In this document: positions 1 through 9,818 of the stretch, piece after piece
How the letters are laid out: each line of letters begins with the position of its first letter
Position numbering within the stretch: the first letter of the stretch is position 1
Source: an uncultured Acidobacteriota bacterium
Lineage (GTDB): Bacteria; Acidobacteriota; UBA6911
DNA length: 64,000 nucleotides
Reading direction: 5' to 3'
NCBI GenBank assembly: GCA_963843575.1
Contig: CAWJKZ010000012.1
Span: 234,482-298,481 of the forward strand
Notes under the pieces: generated by a model
What the model was told of the DNA's origin: nothing
The model's input: the letters and a program-made list of their open reading frames with translations, nothing else
Databases searched by the model: none
Made by a program: the position numbers and the translations under genes

Positions 1-509
1 CCGCGTTCACCGCGCTGGGCAAGGGATCGTCATTCGGCGTGCCGCACGCCCTCGTCGTCGCCGGCGCCCTGGCCGCGGCCGTGCACGTGCTGCTGACCCA
101 CTCGCTGCCCGGCCGCTGGCTCTACGCCGTCGGCATGAATCCGCGGGCATCCCGGATATCGGGGGTCCCGGTCAACCGCGTCCTCACCCTCGCCTACGTC
201 CTCAGCAGCGGCTGCGCCGCCGTGGCCGCCGTCCTCTACACCGCGCGCCTCGAGACCGGGTCGCCGGTGCTCGGACAGAGGATCCTGCTCGACGTGATCG
301 GCGCAGCCGTGATCGGGGGCACGAGCCTTTTCGGCGGGAAAGGCAAGGTGTCGTGGACGGTCCTGGGCGTAGGATTCATCTGCCTGATCGACAACAGCCT
401 CAACATGCTGGGCCTGTCGTACTTCGTGGTGATCATGGTGAAGGGGGGCGTGATCCTGCTGGCCGCCCTCTTCGACGCGACCCGCACGCGCCTCGTGTCG
501 GGACGTTAA
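1..509 (+). CDS. sugar ABC transporter permease (RbsC/BPD_transp_2 family), 5'-partial
   Basis: GRWLYAVGMNPRASRISG and LLDVIGAAVIGGTSLFGGKG motifs; runs off the window start. Confidence 0.9.
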   Translation, partial: AFTALGKGSSFGVPHALVVAGALAAAVHVLLTHSLPGRWLYAVGMNPRASRISGVPVNRVLTLAYVLSSGCAAVAAVLYTARLETGSPVLGQRILLDVIGAAVIGGTSLFGGKGKVSWTVLGVGFICLIDNSLNMLGLSYFVVIMVKGGVILLAALFDATRTRLVSGR

Positions 510-522
510 ACAGGGTGGCTTC

Positions 523-2043
523 ATGAGCGGGACGATTCTCGAATACGAAAACGTCGGCAAGAGCTTCTTCGGGGTCCCCGTGCTGCGCAACGTCCGGTTC
601 ACGCTCGACGAGGGGTGCGTCCTCGGGCTGGTCGGCGAAAACGGGGCAGGAAAATCCACCCTGGTGAACATCCTCGGCGGCGTCTTTCCCCCGGATTCCG
701 GCACGATCCGGTTCCGCGGCCGCGCGTATTCCGCGCGTCGCCCGGCCGACGCCTTCCGGCAGGGCATCGGCTTCATCCACCAGGAACTCAACCTCTTCAC
801 GAACCTCGACATCGCGGAGAACATCCATGTCGCCCGCTTCCCGTGCCGGCGCGTGGTGGGCATCCCCTGGGTGGACACGCGCGCCATGCGGGCCAGGGCG
901 CGGGGCCTCCTCGAGTCCGTGGGGCTGAGCGTGCCGCCCGAAACGATCGTCGAGAGACTCTCGATCGGGGAGCGTCAGCTGGTCGAGATCGCCAAGGCGC
1001 TCGGCCTCGACGCGCGCCTCATCATCTTCGACGAGCCCACGACGTCGCTCACCGCGCCGGAAGCGGAACGCCTCTTCGAACTGATCGGACAGCTGCGGGG
1101 CCGCGGCATCTCGATGATCTACATCTCGCACAACCTGCCGGACGTGTTCCGGTTGTGCGATCAGATCGTCGTGCTGCGCGACGGGGAGGTGGTCGCGTCG
1201 GGGGCTGCGGCCGGGTTTACGGTCGGCGAGATCATCACCCACATGGTCGGGCGCAGCCTGGCCCAGTATTATCCGGCGCGCTCCGGGAAGCCGTCGGGCG
1301 AAGCCGCCCTGGAGGTCAGCGGGCTCTCGGAGCCCGGCATCGTCGAGAACATAGACCTGACCCTGCACCGCGGAGAGGTCCTGGGGATCGCCGGCCTGAT
1401 GGGGGCCGGCCGCTCCGAGCTCGCCCGCATCCTGTTCGGGCTCGACCCGCACGAGCGGGGGGAAATCCGAGTCGACGGGCAGCGCGTCCGGCACGGGGGC
1501 CCCCGGGGCGCCATCCGCCGCGGACTCGCGTTTCTCACCGAAAACCGCAGGGAAGAGGGCCTCCTCATGGAGGCGGCGGTGGCGGACAACGTCGCGCTCG
1601 TCTCGTTGCCGGCCTTCGCCCACCCATGGTCGGGCCTCCTGGATTGGCGCCGGCTCGACCGGGAGGTGTCGCAGACCGTTGGCACCGCCAGGATCAAGTG
1701 CGCCGACATCCGGCGGCAAAAGGTCAAGACCCTCAGCGGCGGGAACCAACAGAAGGCCGTGCTGGCGAAATGGCTCCTGCGGCGCCCTTCCGTTTTCATA
1801 CTCGACGAGCCGACCCGCGGCATCGACATCGGCGCACGTCACGAGGTTTACCGGACCATCAACGAGCTGGCGGACCAGGGGACCGGGGTGCTGTTCATCT
1901 CTTCCGAGATCGAGGAACTCATGGGCATGTGCGACCGGGTGCTGGTGATGCGCGCCGGGGAGATCGCCGACACCTTGCCGCGGGCGGGCTTCGACCGCCG
2001 GCGCATCCTGCGGTCCGCCCTGGGCGAGACGGGGGCCGCATGA
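523..2043 (+). CDS. sugar ABC transporter ATP-binding protein (RbsA/MglA type, two NBDs)
   Basis: Walker A GENGAGKST, LSIGERQ, second signature LSGGNQQK, DEPTRGIDIG. Confidence 0.95.
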   Translation: MSGTILEYENVGKSFFGVPVLRNVRFTLDEGCVLGLVGENGAGKSTLVNILGGVFPPDSGTIRFRGRAYSARRPADAFRQGIGFIHQELNLFTNLDIAENIHVARFPCRRVVGIPWVDTRAMRARARGLLESVGLSVPPETIVERLSIGERQLVEIAKALGLDARLIIFDEPTTSLTAPEAERLFELIGQLRGRGISMIYISHNLPDVFRLCDQIVVLRDGEVVASGAAAGFTVGEIITHMVGRSLAQYYPARSGKPSGEAALEVSGLSEPGIVENIDLTLHRGEVLGIAGLMGAGRSELARILFGLDPHERGEIRVDGQRVRHGGPRGAIRRGLAFLTENRREEGLLMEAAVADNVALVSLPAFAHPWSGLLDWRRLDREVSQTVGTARIKCADIRRQKVKTLSGGNQQKAVLAKWLLRRPSVFILDEPTRGIDIGARHEVYRTINELADQGTGVLFISSEIEELMGMCDRVLVMRAGEIADTLPRAGFDRRRILRSALGETGAA

Positions 2044-3023
2044 GCACGCGTGCCGGCCGGATTCCGACCAGGGCCCTTCAGCACGCGCCGACGCTGCTCT
2101 TTGTCGCCGTGTTCGCCGCGTTCGGCAGCCTCTCGGGCGCGTTTCTCCAGCCCGGGAACCTGGTCAACATCCTGGTTCAGTCTTCGTCGGCCGCCATCAC
2201 GGCCACCGGGATGACCTTCGTCCTGCTCACGGCCGGCATCGACCTCTCGGTCGGGTCCGTGATGTTCGTCTCGGCCGCCGTGGCCGGCAAGCTGGTGCTG
2301 GGCGGCCACGGCCTGGGGATCGCACTGGTGGCCGTACTCGCCGTGGGGCTTGCCTGCGGTGCGCTCAACGCGTTTTTCGTGACGCGGCTCGGGATCATGC
2401 CTTTTATCGTCACCCTCGCGACCCTCTACATGTGGCGGGGGCTGGGGCTCTGGATCACCGAAACCCGCGCGATGAACCTCCCCGAGAACCTTCTCCGGCT
2501 GGCCACCGCCAGGATCCTCGGGGTACCCACTCCCGTCGTTACGTTCCTGACCGTGCTTGCCGCGGCCCACGTCACGCTGCGGCACACGCCGTTCGGCAGG
2601 CAGATCTACGCGCTCGGCAACGACCGGGAGGCGGCAGACAAGGCCGGGATCGCCACCGGGCGCGTCGCCGCCGCCGTCTACGTCGTCTGCGGCGGCTGTG
2701 CCGCCCTGGGCGGCATCGTCTCGGTCGCCCAGCTCGGGGCGGTTTCGCCTACCTTCGGCAACCAGCGCGAGTTTGCCGCCATCGCCGCCGCGGTCCTGGG
2801 CGGGACGAGCCTGTTCGGCGGCAGGGGACGCGTGTTCCCGGGAACCGTGCTGGGAGCCGTGCTGATCCAGGCCGTCGAAAACGGGCTCGTCATCATCAAT
2901 GCCGACCCGTATCTCTATCCGCTGATCATGAGCGGCGTCATCTTCGCCGCCGTCTTCATCGACAGCCTGCGGCACGAGCGGCTCGTCACGCTGGGCAGGC
3001 GCTATATCAGGAGGTTCCGATGA
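2040..3023 (+). CDS. sugar ABC transporter permease
   Basis: GIDLSVGS and AIAAAVLGGTSLFGGRG motifs; ATG overlaps the upstream TGA. Confidence 0.92.
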   Translation: MSTRAGRIPTRALQHAPTLLFVAVFAAFGSLSGAFLQPGNLVNILVQSSSAAITATGMTFVLLTAGIDLSVGSVMFVSAAVAGKLVLGGHGLGIALVAVLAVGLACGALNAFFVTRLGIMPFIVTLATLYMWRGLGLWITETRAMNLPENLLRLATARILGVPTPVVTFLTVLAAAHVTLRHTPFGRQIYALGNDREAADKAGIATGRVAAAVYVVCGGCAALGGIVSVAQLGAVSPTFGNQREFAAIAAAVLGGTSLFGGRGRVFPGTVLGAVLIQAVENGLVIINADPYLYPLIMSGVIFAAVFIDSLRHERLVTLGRRYIRRFR

Positions 3024-3838
3024 GGCTGGGCGTGAGCTCGTATACTTACACGTGGGCCGTCGGGGTCCCGGGGTACCCTCCGGAACGGCCCGTCACGGAG
3101 TTCGAACTGCTCGACCTGGCGGCGGCCGCAGGCGTCCGGGTGGTGCAGATCGCGGACAACCTCCCGCTCGAACGCCTTGCCCCGAACGATCTCGCCGGCG
3201 TTGCCCGCAGGGCGCAGGACATGGGGATCGAGCTCGAGGTCGGCACCCGCGGGGTAGCCTGCGCTCACCTCGAGCGCTTCATCGAGATCGCGACGACATT
3301 GCGCGCGCGCATCCTGCGCGTCGTCGTCGACACCCGGGAGCACAGGCCCGCCATCCCCGAGATCGTCGATTGCGTCCGGGAAGTGCTGCCGGAACTGGAA
3401 CGGCGCGGCATCTGCCTCGCCATCGAAAACCACGACCGGTTTCGCGCCCGGGAACTGGCCGGCATCGTCCGGCATATCGACAGCGCACAGGCCGGCGTCT
3501 GCCTCGACACCGTGAACTCGTTCGGCGCCCTGGAGGGGCCGGAGGCCGTCGTGGACGCTCTGGGACCGCTCGTCGTCAACCTGCACGTGAAGGACTTCAG
3601 CATCGAGCGCGCCACCCACATGATGGGCTTCGCCATCGAGGGGCGCCCCGCCGGCGCCGGCCGGCTGGACGTGCCGTGGCTGCTCGACCGCCTGCGCGCC
3701 TACGGCCGCGACCCGAACGCGATCCTCGAACTCTGGACCCCGCCCGAGCCCACCCTCTCCGCCACCATAGCCAAAGAATCCGCTTGGGCCGCCGCCTCCC
3801 TCACCTACCTGCACCGCCTGGTAGGGGACGGACCATAG
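3020..3838 (+). CDS. sugar phosphate isomerase/epimerase (AP endonuclease 2 TIM barrel)
   Basis: LAIENH, CLDTVN, LHVKD motifs; ATGA overlap with the permease; last codons (GDGP*) come from the downstream repeat. Confidence 0.88.
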   Translation: MRLGVSSYTYTWAVGVPGYPPERPVTEFELLDLAAAAGVRVVQIADNLPLERLAPNDLAGVARRAQDMGIELEVGTRGVACAHLERFIEIATTLRARILRVVVDTREHRPAIPEIVDCVREVLPELERRGICLAIENHDRFRARELAGIVRHIDSAQAGVCLDTVNSFGALEGPEAVVDALGPLVVNLHVKDFSIERATHMMGFAIEGRPAGAGRLDVPWLLDRLRAYGRDPNAILELWTPPEPTLSATIAKESAWAAASLTYLHRLVGDGP

Positions 3839-4068
3839 CAAGTTATTATTTATGAATAGCTTACGTCTGTTTTTGGCTCAAAAACAGGCCTTATTTGCGT
3901 TTTTAGGGGCCATTTTCTGCGAATAGCGGCATATCTGGATCACAGGCCGGTGGGGAGGTGCGGCAAATGGCAGGAAACAGGGCCAAATTCCTGAAATATA
4001 AGGCGCCCTTTCCGCAGAATAATCCAGGTAAATATTTGAAATCACTGAATTACCTCAGGTCCGTCCCC
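3824..4068. repeat. AT-rich 245-bp REPIN/MITE-like element with GGGGACGGACC terminal inverted repeats
   Basis: GGGGACGGACC 3824-3834 and GGTCCGTCCCC 4058-4068; related arms at 6235-6335, 38153-38188 and 39532-39630. Confidence 0.8.
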
Positions 4069-6099
4069 GATCAAGTACTTGTCGAACCAGGAGAGATAGC
4101 GTTGGAGACGGTCGCGGACGTAGCTCGGGGTCGTGATGCCGTGTGACTGGCCCGGGTAGATGATCAGCTGCGTGTCGACCCCGAGGCTCCTCAGCGCCTG
4201 GTACATCTGCTCCACCCCAATCGTGGGAACGTTGAAGTCCCGGTCCCCGGAGAGGAACAGCGTCGGGGTCCGGATCCGGTCGGCCTGGAAGAACGGGTAG
4301 GAGAGCTTCACCCAGAGATCCTTCGATTTCCAGGGCGGGCCTAGCTCGTTTTCGTACTGGACGATGTACTGGTCGGCGCCATACATCGACAGTTGCAGGG
4401 CGCTGCTGGCGCCGCTGACGGCGGCCTTGAAGCGGGGATCGGTGGCGATCGTGTAGTCGGTCAGGATCCCGCCGTAGCTCCAGCCCCCGATGCCCAGCCG
4501 TTCCGGATCCGCGATCCCCGCCGCGATCATGTGGTCGACCGCCCCGATCAGGTCGACCACCTCTTTGCCCCCCCAGTCCGCGTAGATCGCCTTCTGGAAG
4601 GCCGAACCGCGGCCAGAACTGCCGCGGTAGTTGACCGAGATCACGACGTACCCGTGCGCCGCAAAAAACTGGCGGTCGAAGCTGAAAGAGTGGTCGTCCT
4701 GGCCGTTCGGGCCCCCGTGGATGAGCAGGAGCATCGGGTACTTCCGCCCCGTGGCGTATGACGCGGGCTTCACCAGGAGCCCGCGCACCTCGGTGCCGTC
4801 CTTGCTCCGCGACGTGAAGTCTTCGGTGCTCGCCAGCTGGAGCTCGCCCAGCAGCCTGTCGTTTTCGTGCGACAGCCTGCGAAGCGCGCCATTTTCAAGC
4901 GCGTGCACCTCCGGCAGCTCGTCAGCCGTAGCCGCGAGCACCGCAAACGACCCGGCCGGCCCCGGCGAGATCCCGGAAACGACGCGGCGTCCCGAGGTCA
5001 GCTTTTCGACCGGCCCGCCCACGACGGCGGTCCTTGCAACGTACCTCGTGCGGTCGTCGTCAACGGCGAAACAGAGGCTCCGGCCGTCCGGCGACCAGAC
5101 GAAGGGACCCGACACGCCGCGATCGAGCGCGGCCGTGAGCACGTGCGGTGCCCCTCCAGCGGCGGGCACCACCGCCAGCTTGGCCTGGTTGTAAGCGGAA
5201 AATCGCGTCTCGTCCCCCTGGACGTAGGCGATCATTTGTCCGTCAGGGCTCCACGAAAGACGGCCGCCGTCCGGCCCGCTGAAGGTCGTTACCTGCCGCG
5301 GCTCCGCCCCGGGTTTCGCTTCGACGACGAAAACGTTGGAGTCGAGGTTGTGGTCCGGATCGGGGCTTCGGTTGCTGACGAAGGCGATGTACCGGCCGTC
5401 GGGGGACCACGCCGGCGCACTCTCGCTGTGGCGGCCCGACGTCAGCGACTCCACCTTGCGCCCCTCGACGTCGAAAAGCGACAGGTGCGTCCGGAGCGCG
5501 CCGAGATAGCCCTCGCGGTCCTGCTTGAAATGATACCGGTCGACGACGATCGGCGGCTTGGTCTTGCGCTTCCACCCCTCCTTCTTCTCCGGGTCCGAAT
5601 CGGGATCGAAATCGTTGACCACCAGCGCCAGCCGAGCACCGTCGACCGACCAGCAGTAGTCGGAGATGCCCCCGGCGATGTCGGTCAACTTCTGGGCCTC
5701 CCCGCCCGCCCTGTCCAGGAGCCAGATCTGCGCACCCTTCTTCTTCTCCTGCTCGTCCCCGCGCGAGGCCAGAAACGAGAGATACCGTCCGTCCGGACTC
5801 CAGCGCGGCTGGGTCTCGCCGCTTTCCGGGCTCGCCGTCAACCGGACGTTCCTGCTGCCGTCCCAGCTGACCATGTAAAGGTCCGTGTCGCGCCGGTCCT
5901 TTTCCGCGTCGACCGTTCCCACAGTGTAGACAACCCACTTCCCTTCCGGCGAAACCTGCGGGTCTCCCACGCTTCGTATGGCCGCGAGGTCGTCGAGGCC
6001 TATGGCCCGCTTCGTTCCCTGCGGCGAGGCAGATCCCGGCGAAAGAACGATCGTGGCAACCAGCGCCGCAAGCGGACAGGCGCGTGCAATAAGTGTCAT
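4042..6099 (-). CDS. S9 family peptidase (dipeptidyl aminopeptidase/acylaminoacyl peptidase) with signal peptide
   Basis: PD40-like WSPDG repeats, HGGP, GWSYGG nucleophile, C-terminal D and H (YPGQSHG). Confidence 0.95.
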   Translation of the reverse strand: MTLIARACPLAALVATIVLSPGSASPQGTKRAIGLDDLAAIRSVGDPQVSPEGKWVVYTVGTVDAEKDRRDTDLYMVSWDGSRNVRLTASPESGETQPRWSPDGRYLSFLASRGDEQEKKKGAQIWLLDRAGGEAQKLTDIAGGISDYCWSVDGARLALVVNDFDPDSDPEKKEGWKRKTKPPIVVDRYHFKQDREGYLGALRTHLSLFDVEGRKVESLTSGRHSESAPAWSPDGRYIAFVSNRSPDPDHNLDSNVFVVEAKPGAEPRQVTTFSGPDGGRLSWSPDGQMIAYVQGDETRFSAYNQAKLAVVPAAGGAPHVLTAALDRGVSGPFVWSPDGRSLCFAVDDDRTRYVARTAVVGGPVEKLTSGRRVVSGISPGPAGSFAVLAATADELPEVHALENGALRRLSHENDRLLGELQLASTEDFTSRSKDGTEVRGLLVKPASYATGRKYPMLLLIHGGPNGQDDHSFSFDRQFFAAHGYVVISVNYRGSSGRGSAFQKAIYADWGGKEVVDLIGAVDHMIAAGIADPERLGIGGWSYGGILTDYTIATDPRFKAAVSGASSALQLSMYGADQYIVQYENELGPPWKSKDLWVKLSYPFFQADRIRTPTLFLSGDRDFNVPTIGVEQMYQALRSLGVDTQLIIYPGQSHGITTPSYVRDRLQRYLSWFDKYLIGDGPEVIQ

Positions 6100-6234
6100 G
6101 GCGATCCTCCGTGCCGGTATACCCTACCCGAGCCTGCTTCAGGGCATCAAGCAAAAGTCCTCACGCTCCTCCGGCTGAAGGCCTGAGCCACCGGACGGCA
6201 CACGTGACGCTCGGACATCCTTGCCTGGCACCGC

Positions 6235-6335
6235 TAAATTGAAAAAACAGGGCTGATTTCTTGAAATAAGGGCAGTTTTTGGCCCAAAAATCGCCGCAAA
6301 TATTGATGTCAATGGATTAGCTCAGGTCCGTCCCC
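6235..6335 (-). repeat. solo arm of the GGGGACGGACC element
   Basis: CTCAGGTCCGTCCCC identical to 4054-4068, preceded by a similar AT-rich arm. Confidence 0.7.
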
Positions 6336-6341
6336 TATAAT
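6336..6341 (+). promoter_or_regulatory. putative -10 box of a leaderless transcript
   Basis: perfect TATAAT 6 nt upstream of ATG 6348, no Shine-Dalgarno. Confidence 0.5.
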
Positions 6342-6347
6342 AAAAGT

Positions 6348-7237
6348 ATGAAGACTGCGAGGGATTTCGATCAGGAATTGCTTTATTTGTTCGACCAGTA
6401 TGTGCACGGCGGGATCGACCGTCGCGGGTTTCTCGACCGGGCCGCGAAGTTTGCCGTGGGCGGCGTGACGGCCGCGATGCTGCTCGACGCGCTCTCTCCG
6501 AAGTTCGCCGAGGCGCAGGTGATTGCGAAGGACGATCCACGGGTGAAGGCGGAGATGCTCGAATACCCCTCACCGCAGGGGTCGGGGACCATGAAGGGCT
6601 ACCTGGTGCGGCCCGCCAAGCGCTTCCGGCAAACTGCCGGGAATCGTCGTCGTGCACGAGAATCGCGGACTCAATCCCGCACATCGAGGACGTCGCGCGC
6701 CGCCTGGCGCTCGACAACTTCGTGACCTTCGCGCCCGACGCGCTTACGCCGCTCGGCGGGTATCCCGCCGGAGGAGAGGACGAGGCGCGACAGCTCTTCG
6801 CCAAGCTGGACCAGGCGAAAGACTCGCGAAGACATGGTCGCCGCAGTCGACCTGGCTGAAGGCGCGCCCCGAGTGCACCGGCAAGGTAGGCGCCGTGGGT
6901 TTCTGCTGGGGCGGCGGCATCGTCAACATGCTGGCGACCCGTGTCCCCGATCTCGCGGCGGCGGTGCCGTTCTACGGCAACACCCCCCCGACCGACGACG
7001 TCCCGAAGATCAAGGCGCCGCTGCTGATCCACTATGCGGAGAACGACCCGCGCATCAACGCGATGTGGCCTGACTACGAGACGGCGTTGAAGGCCGCCCA
7101 ACGTGCAGTACACGATGCACATCTACCCCGGGACGCAGCACGGGTTCAACAACGACACGACCCCCCGTTTCGATGAGGCGGCCGCCAAGCTCGCCTGGCA
7201 GAGCACGGTCGACTTTTTCAACAAGCACCTCCGCTGA
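6348..7237 (+). CDS. dienelactone hydrolase family protein (YghX-like, TAT signal), several frameshifts
   Basis: [33 protein letters not shown] motifs spread over different frames. Confidence 0.85.
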
Positions 7238-7249
7238 CCGAAAGGCTGA

Positions 7250-7283
7250 CCTCAAAGACTCGAAGACACGAAGGCTCGAAGAA
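7250..7283 (+). repeat. 8-nt-period CTCGAAGA-type micro-array between convergent genes
   Basis: CTCAAAGA CTCGAAGA CACGAAGG CTCGAAGA. Confidence 0.6.
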
Positions 7284-7286
7284 CCG

Positions 7287-8582
7287 CTAGCGGATTCTCC
7301 TGTAGAGGTTGAATCCCAGCGACAGCGATCGGTCTTCCGCATTGACGCCATACTTCGACGGGGTGAAGTCGCGGCTGCTCGCCACGAGAATTGTGAAGAC
7401 GTGTCCCCAGGTTCGGACCACGAACGCCACGCCCACCTGGTCCCGGCGCTCGTCCAGGCCGCCATAGCCCGCCAGTCGCGGGACGTATTCTGCCTGCAGC
7501 GAGAGCCGCCGATTCAAGGCGATGTCGGCGCCGAGTCCGAGCGCGAAAGTGCTGTTGCTGTCGGGGTGAATCGCGCGCGCCCGGTTAAACTCGAGCAGCG
7601 CCTCGGACCGCGAGTTGAACGTCGCTGTCGGCACCACGTTCAGCCGAACACGTCGGTAGTCGAGGGACCCGACAAGCTGCAGAAACGGCGAGTAGTCCCG
7701 ATGAAAATTCTGCTTCCCCTCGACGCCCCCGTGCAGGGCCAGCTTCCACTTTGACTCGTTCGCAGTCCGGATCTCATACGTCCCGCTCAGACTCGACGAT
7801 CTGGTCGAAACGCGTGCGCGCCACACCCGGCGCTGATGCGATCTGTGAGCTCGTAGTTCAGCCCGATGCTCATGTTCGCCCCGGAGTCGATCCCGAACGC
7901 CTGCCCGGGGCCGGCGTCTGCTCACCGACTGCAGGAACCGGTGCTGGATCATGATCTCCATCGACCCCGTTGTGAGATCGACGGGCGACGGGAGATCCAC
8001 GACCCTCGAGGTCTCCTGCAGACGGACGGGCGCCTTCGCGGGGTCGCGTCGACGACTTCCACGGGCTCGGTTCCTGCGGGCGGCCACGCCGGGCCGGCTG
8101 AAGTTGCCGGCCGTATAGACGAATTCCCCGGATGCCCCGTCGCGACGGCCGCCGCGCGACCCGTTGCGGTGAAAATGACCAAGTCCGCCCGGGTTGTCCG
8201 GGGCCGTCCACTTGAGGTGGAACTCGACCGGGCCGTCCGCGGGGCCCTGGCGGCCCCCCTCCTCGATCTGGGTCGCGTGTTGAATCTCGGAATCGGTCCC
8301 GACCTGCGTCGAGTCATCCATCGCGGCCCACGTCCCGGCCTGCTCGCCCGAATCGGCAAAGCGCGCCGTGAGCTCGAAGCCCCAGCGAGACTGACCGGGC
8401 TGCGAGATCGTCACGGTGATCGGGTAGGTCACGCGCGGCTGGTATCCGCGCGGCGCGCCGTCGATCCGGAGGTCGCCCCCGAGTACCACGGCCGTCAGTT
8501 AGTCGGGTGAGCGGTGAACGGCGACCGCAAACGAAAGCAACACAACCACCACCCAGAGGCGGCCTGTCAGCATATTAAGCAC
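7287..8582 (-). CDS. Reeler/choice-of-anchor-V domain fused to a DUF5777-like outer-membrane beta-barrel (frameshifted)
   Basis: N-part YQPRVTYPITVTISQPGQSRWGFELTAR..WTAP; C-part IQHRF and TWGHVFTILVAS..LGFNLYR; GGAGGA RBS before GTG 8582. Confidence 0.72.
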
Positions 8583-8607
8583 GGTTGTACTCCTCCATAC
8601 TCGGGGA

Positions 8608-9370
8608 TCAGAATGGCAGGTAGTTCGGCCCGAAAACCATCTTGCCGCCCAGATGACCGGACACGAGCAACAGTGCCCCCGCGCCAGCCACGAGCAGCAG
8701 GTAGGACCAGCGCCCCTTGCCCCTGGCGCTGAAACGCTCGCGCAGCGCCGTGCGTAGAACCAGCGCCGCGACGCACAGGACAGCCGCGGCGACGTTCATG
8801 TTCCGATGCGGCACCATCAGCGCCCGGAACGCCGGGTCGTCGCCCATCGAGGACGCGCGCAGGAATCCCGTCAGCGCCGCCGGGACGAAACTGAGGCACG
8901 CCAGGACCAGCAGCGGGAACCCCGCCCTGGACAGGTCGTCCCGCCCCGTGAGCAGCGCCGCAGCCTCCGCCACCACCAGGAGAAAGACCCAGGCAATCGG
9001 GAAGTGCACCAGCGCCGGATGCATCCGTCCGAGCAGGCTGCCCCCGGCAGGAGGCGACACCGGCGTCACCTCCTGCACCGCCGTGCACCTCCTGCACGTC
9101 CTGCACGTCCGGGACCTGCGCCGGACCCGCAGCCTGGCCGGGCGTCGACGCCCGGGCCGGCCGCGCTGCGACCGCCAGGAACCACGTCCCGGCAACCAGC
9201 AGGAACAGGAGCGCGGCGCATCTCGAGGCGACAGACGTGAGTGTAACGCCGGGCGCTTGCCCTGGGTTCTCACATGGGATCGCTTCGCAGTCCGCCGAAT
9301 CGAGCGCCGCGGGAATGGCACTGAGAGCCCGCCCGGGGCGGCACAACGGCTCGCGTGAATTCGCAGACAC
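8608..9370 (-). CDS. DUF2231 membrane protein (start uncertain, frameshifted)
   Basis: HPALVHFPIA, ALTG, H, SGHLGGKMVFG motifs. Confidence 0.78.
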
Positions 9371-9374
9371 AGTC

Positions 9375-9806
9375 TTACTCCATCGAGAAAATGATCCGGC
9401 TCTTCTGGTCGTCCAGGGTCGCCTCGAACACCTGCAGCGGCCGTTCCGCCGGCCCGTTCAGGACTGTTCCGTCGAGAGCATAGTTCGACCCGTGGCACGG
9501 GCAGACGATCCTCTTCTTGTCGCGGTCGTAGCCGACCGTGCACTGCCGGTGGGTGCAGATCGGGTCGAGCACGTGCACCGAGTCCTCCGCATCCCGGATG
9601 AACAGCAGTTCGCGGTTCTGGATCTTCAGCAAGGCCGAACCGCCCGGGGCCTTCAGCTTCTCCGCCTTGTCGAGGGCCAGCGCGAGCTTCTTCTGGGCAA
9701 AGGCGACCCGAATCCCGGAAAACAACCCGACGACGCAGGCCGCCAGGCACCGGAGGGCTCCACGGCGATCGGTCGACAGACCCGCCATTGCGTTAGTTGC
9801 GGTCAT
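9375..9806 (-). CDS. Rieske [2Fe-2S] protein with TAT signal
   Basis: DRRGAL twin-arginine; CTH and CPCHGS boxes. Confidence 0.93.
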   Translation of the reverse strand: MTATNAMAGLSTDRRGALRCLAACVVGLFSGIRVAFAQKKLALALDKAEKLKAPGGSALLKIQNRELLFIRDAEDSVHVLDPICTHRQCTVGYDRDKKRIVCPCHGSNYALDGTVLNGPAERPLQVFEATLDDQKSRIIFSME

Positions 9807-9818
9807 GATCTTCTCCTG

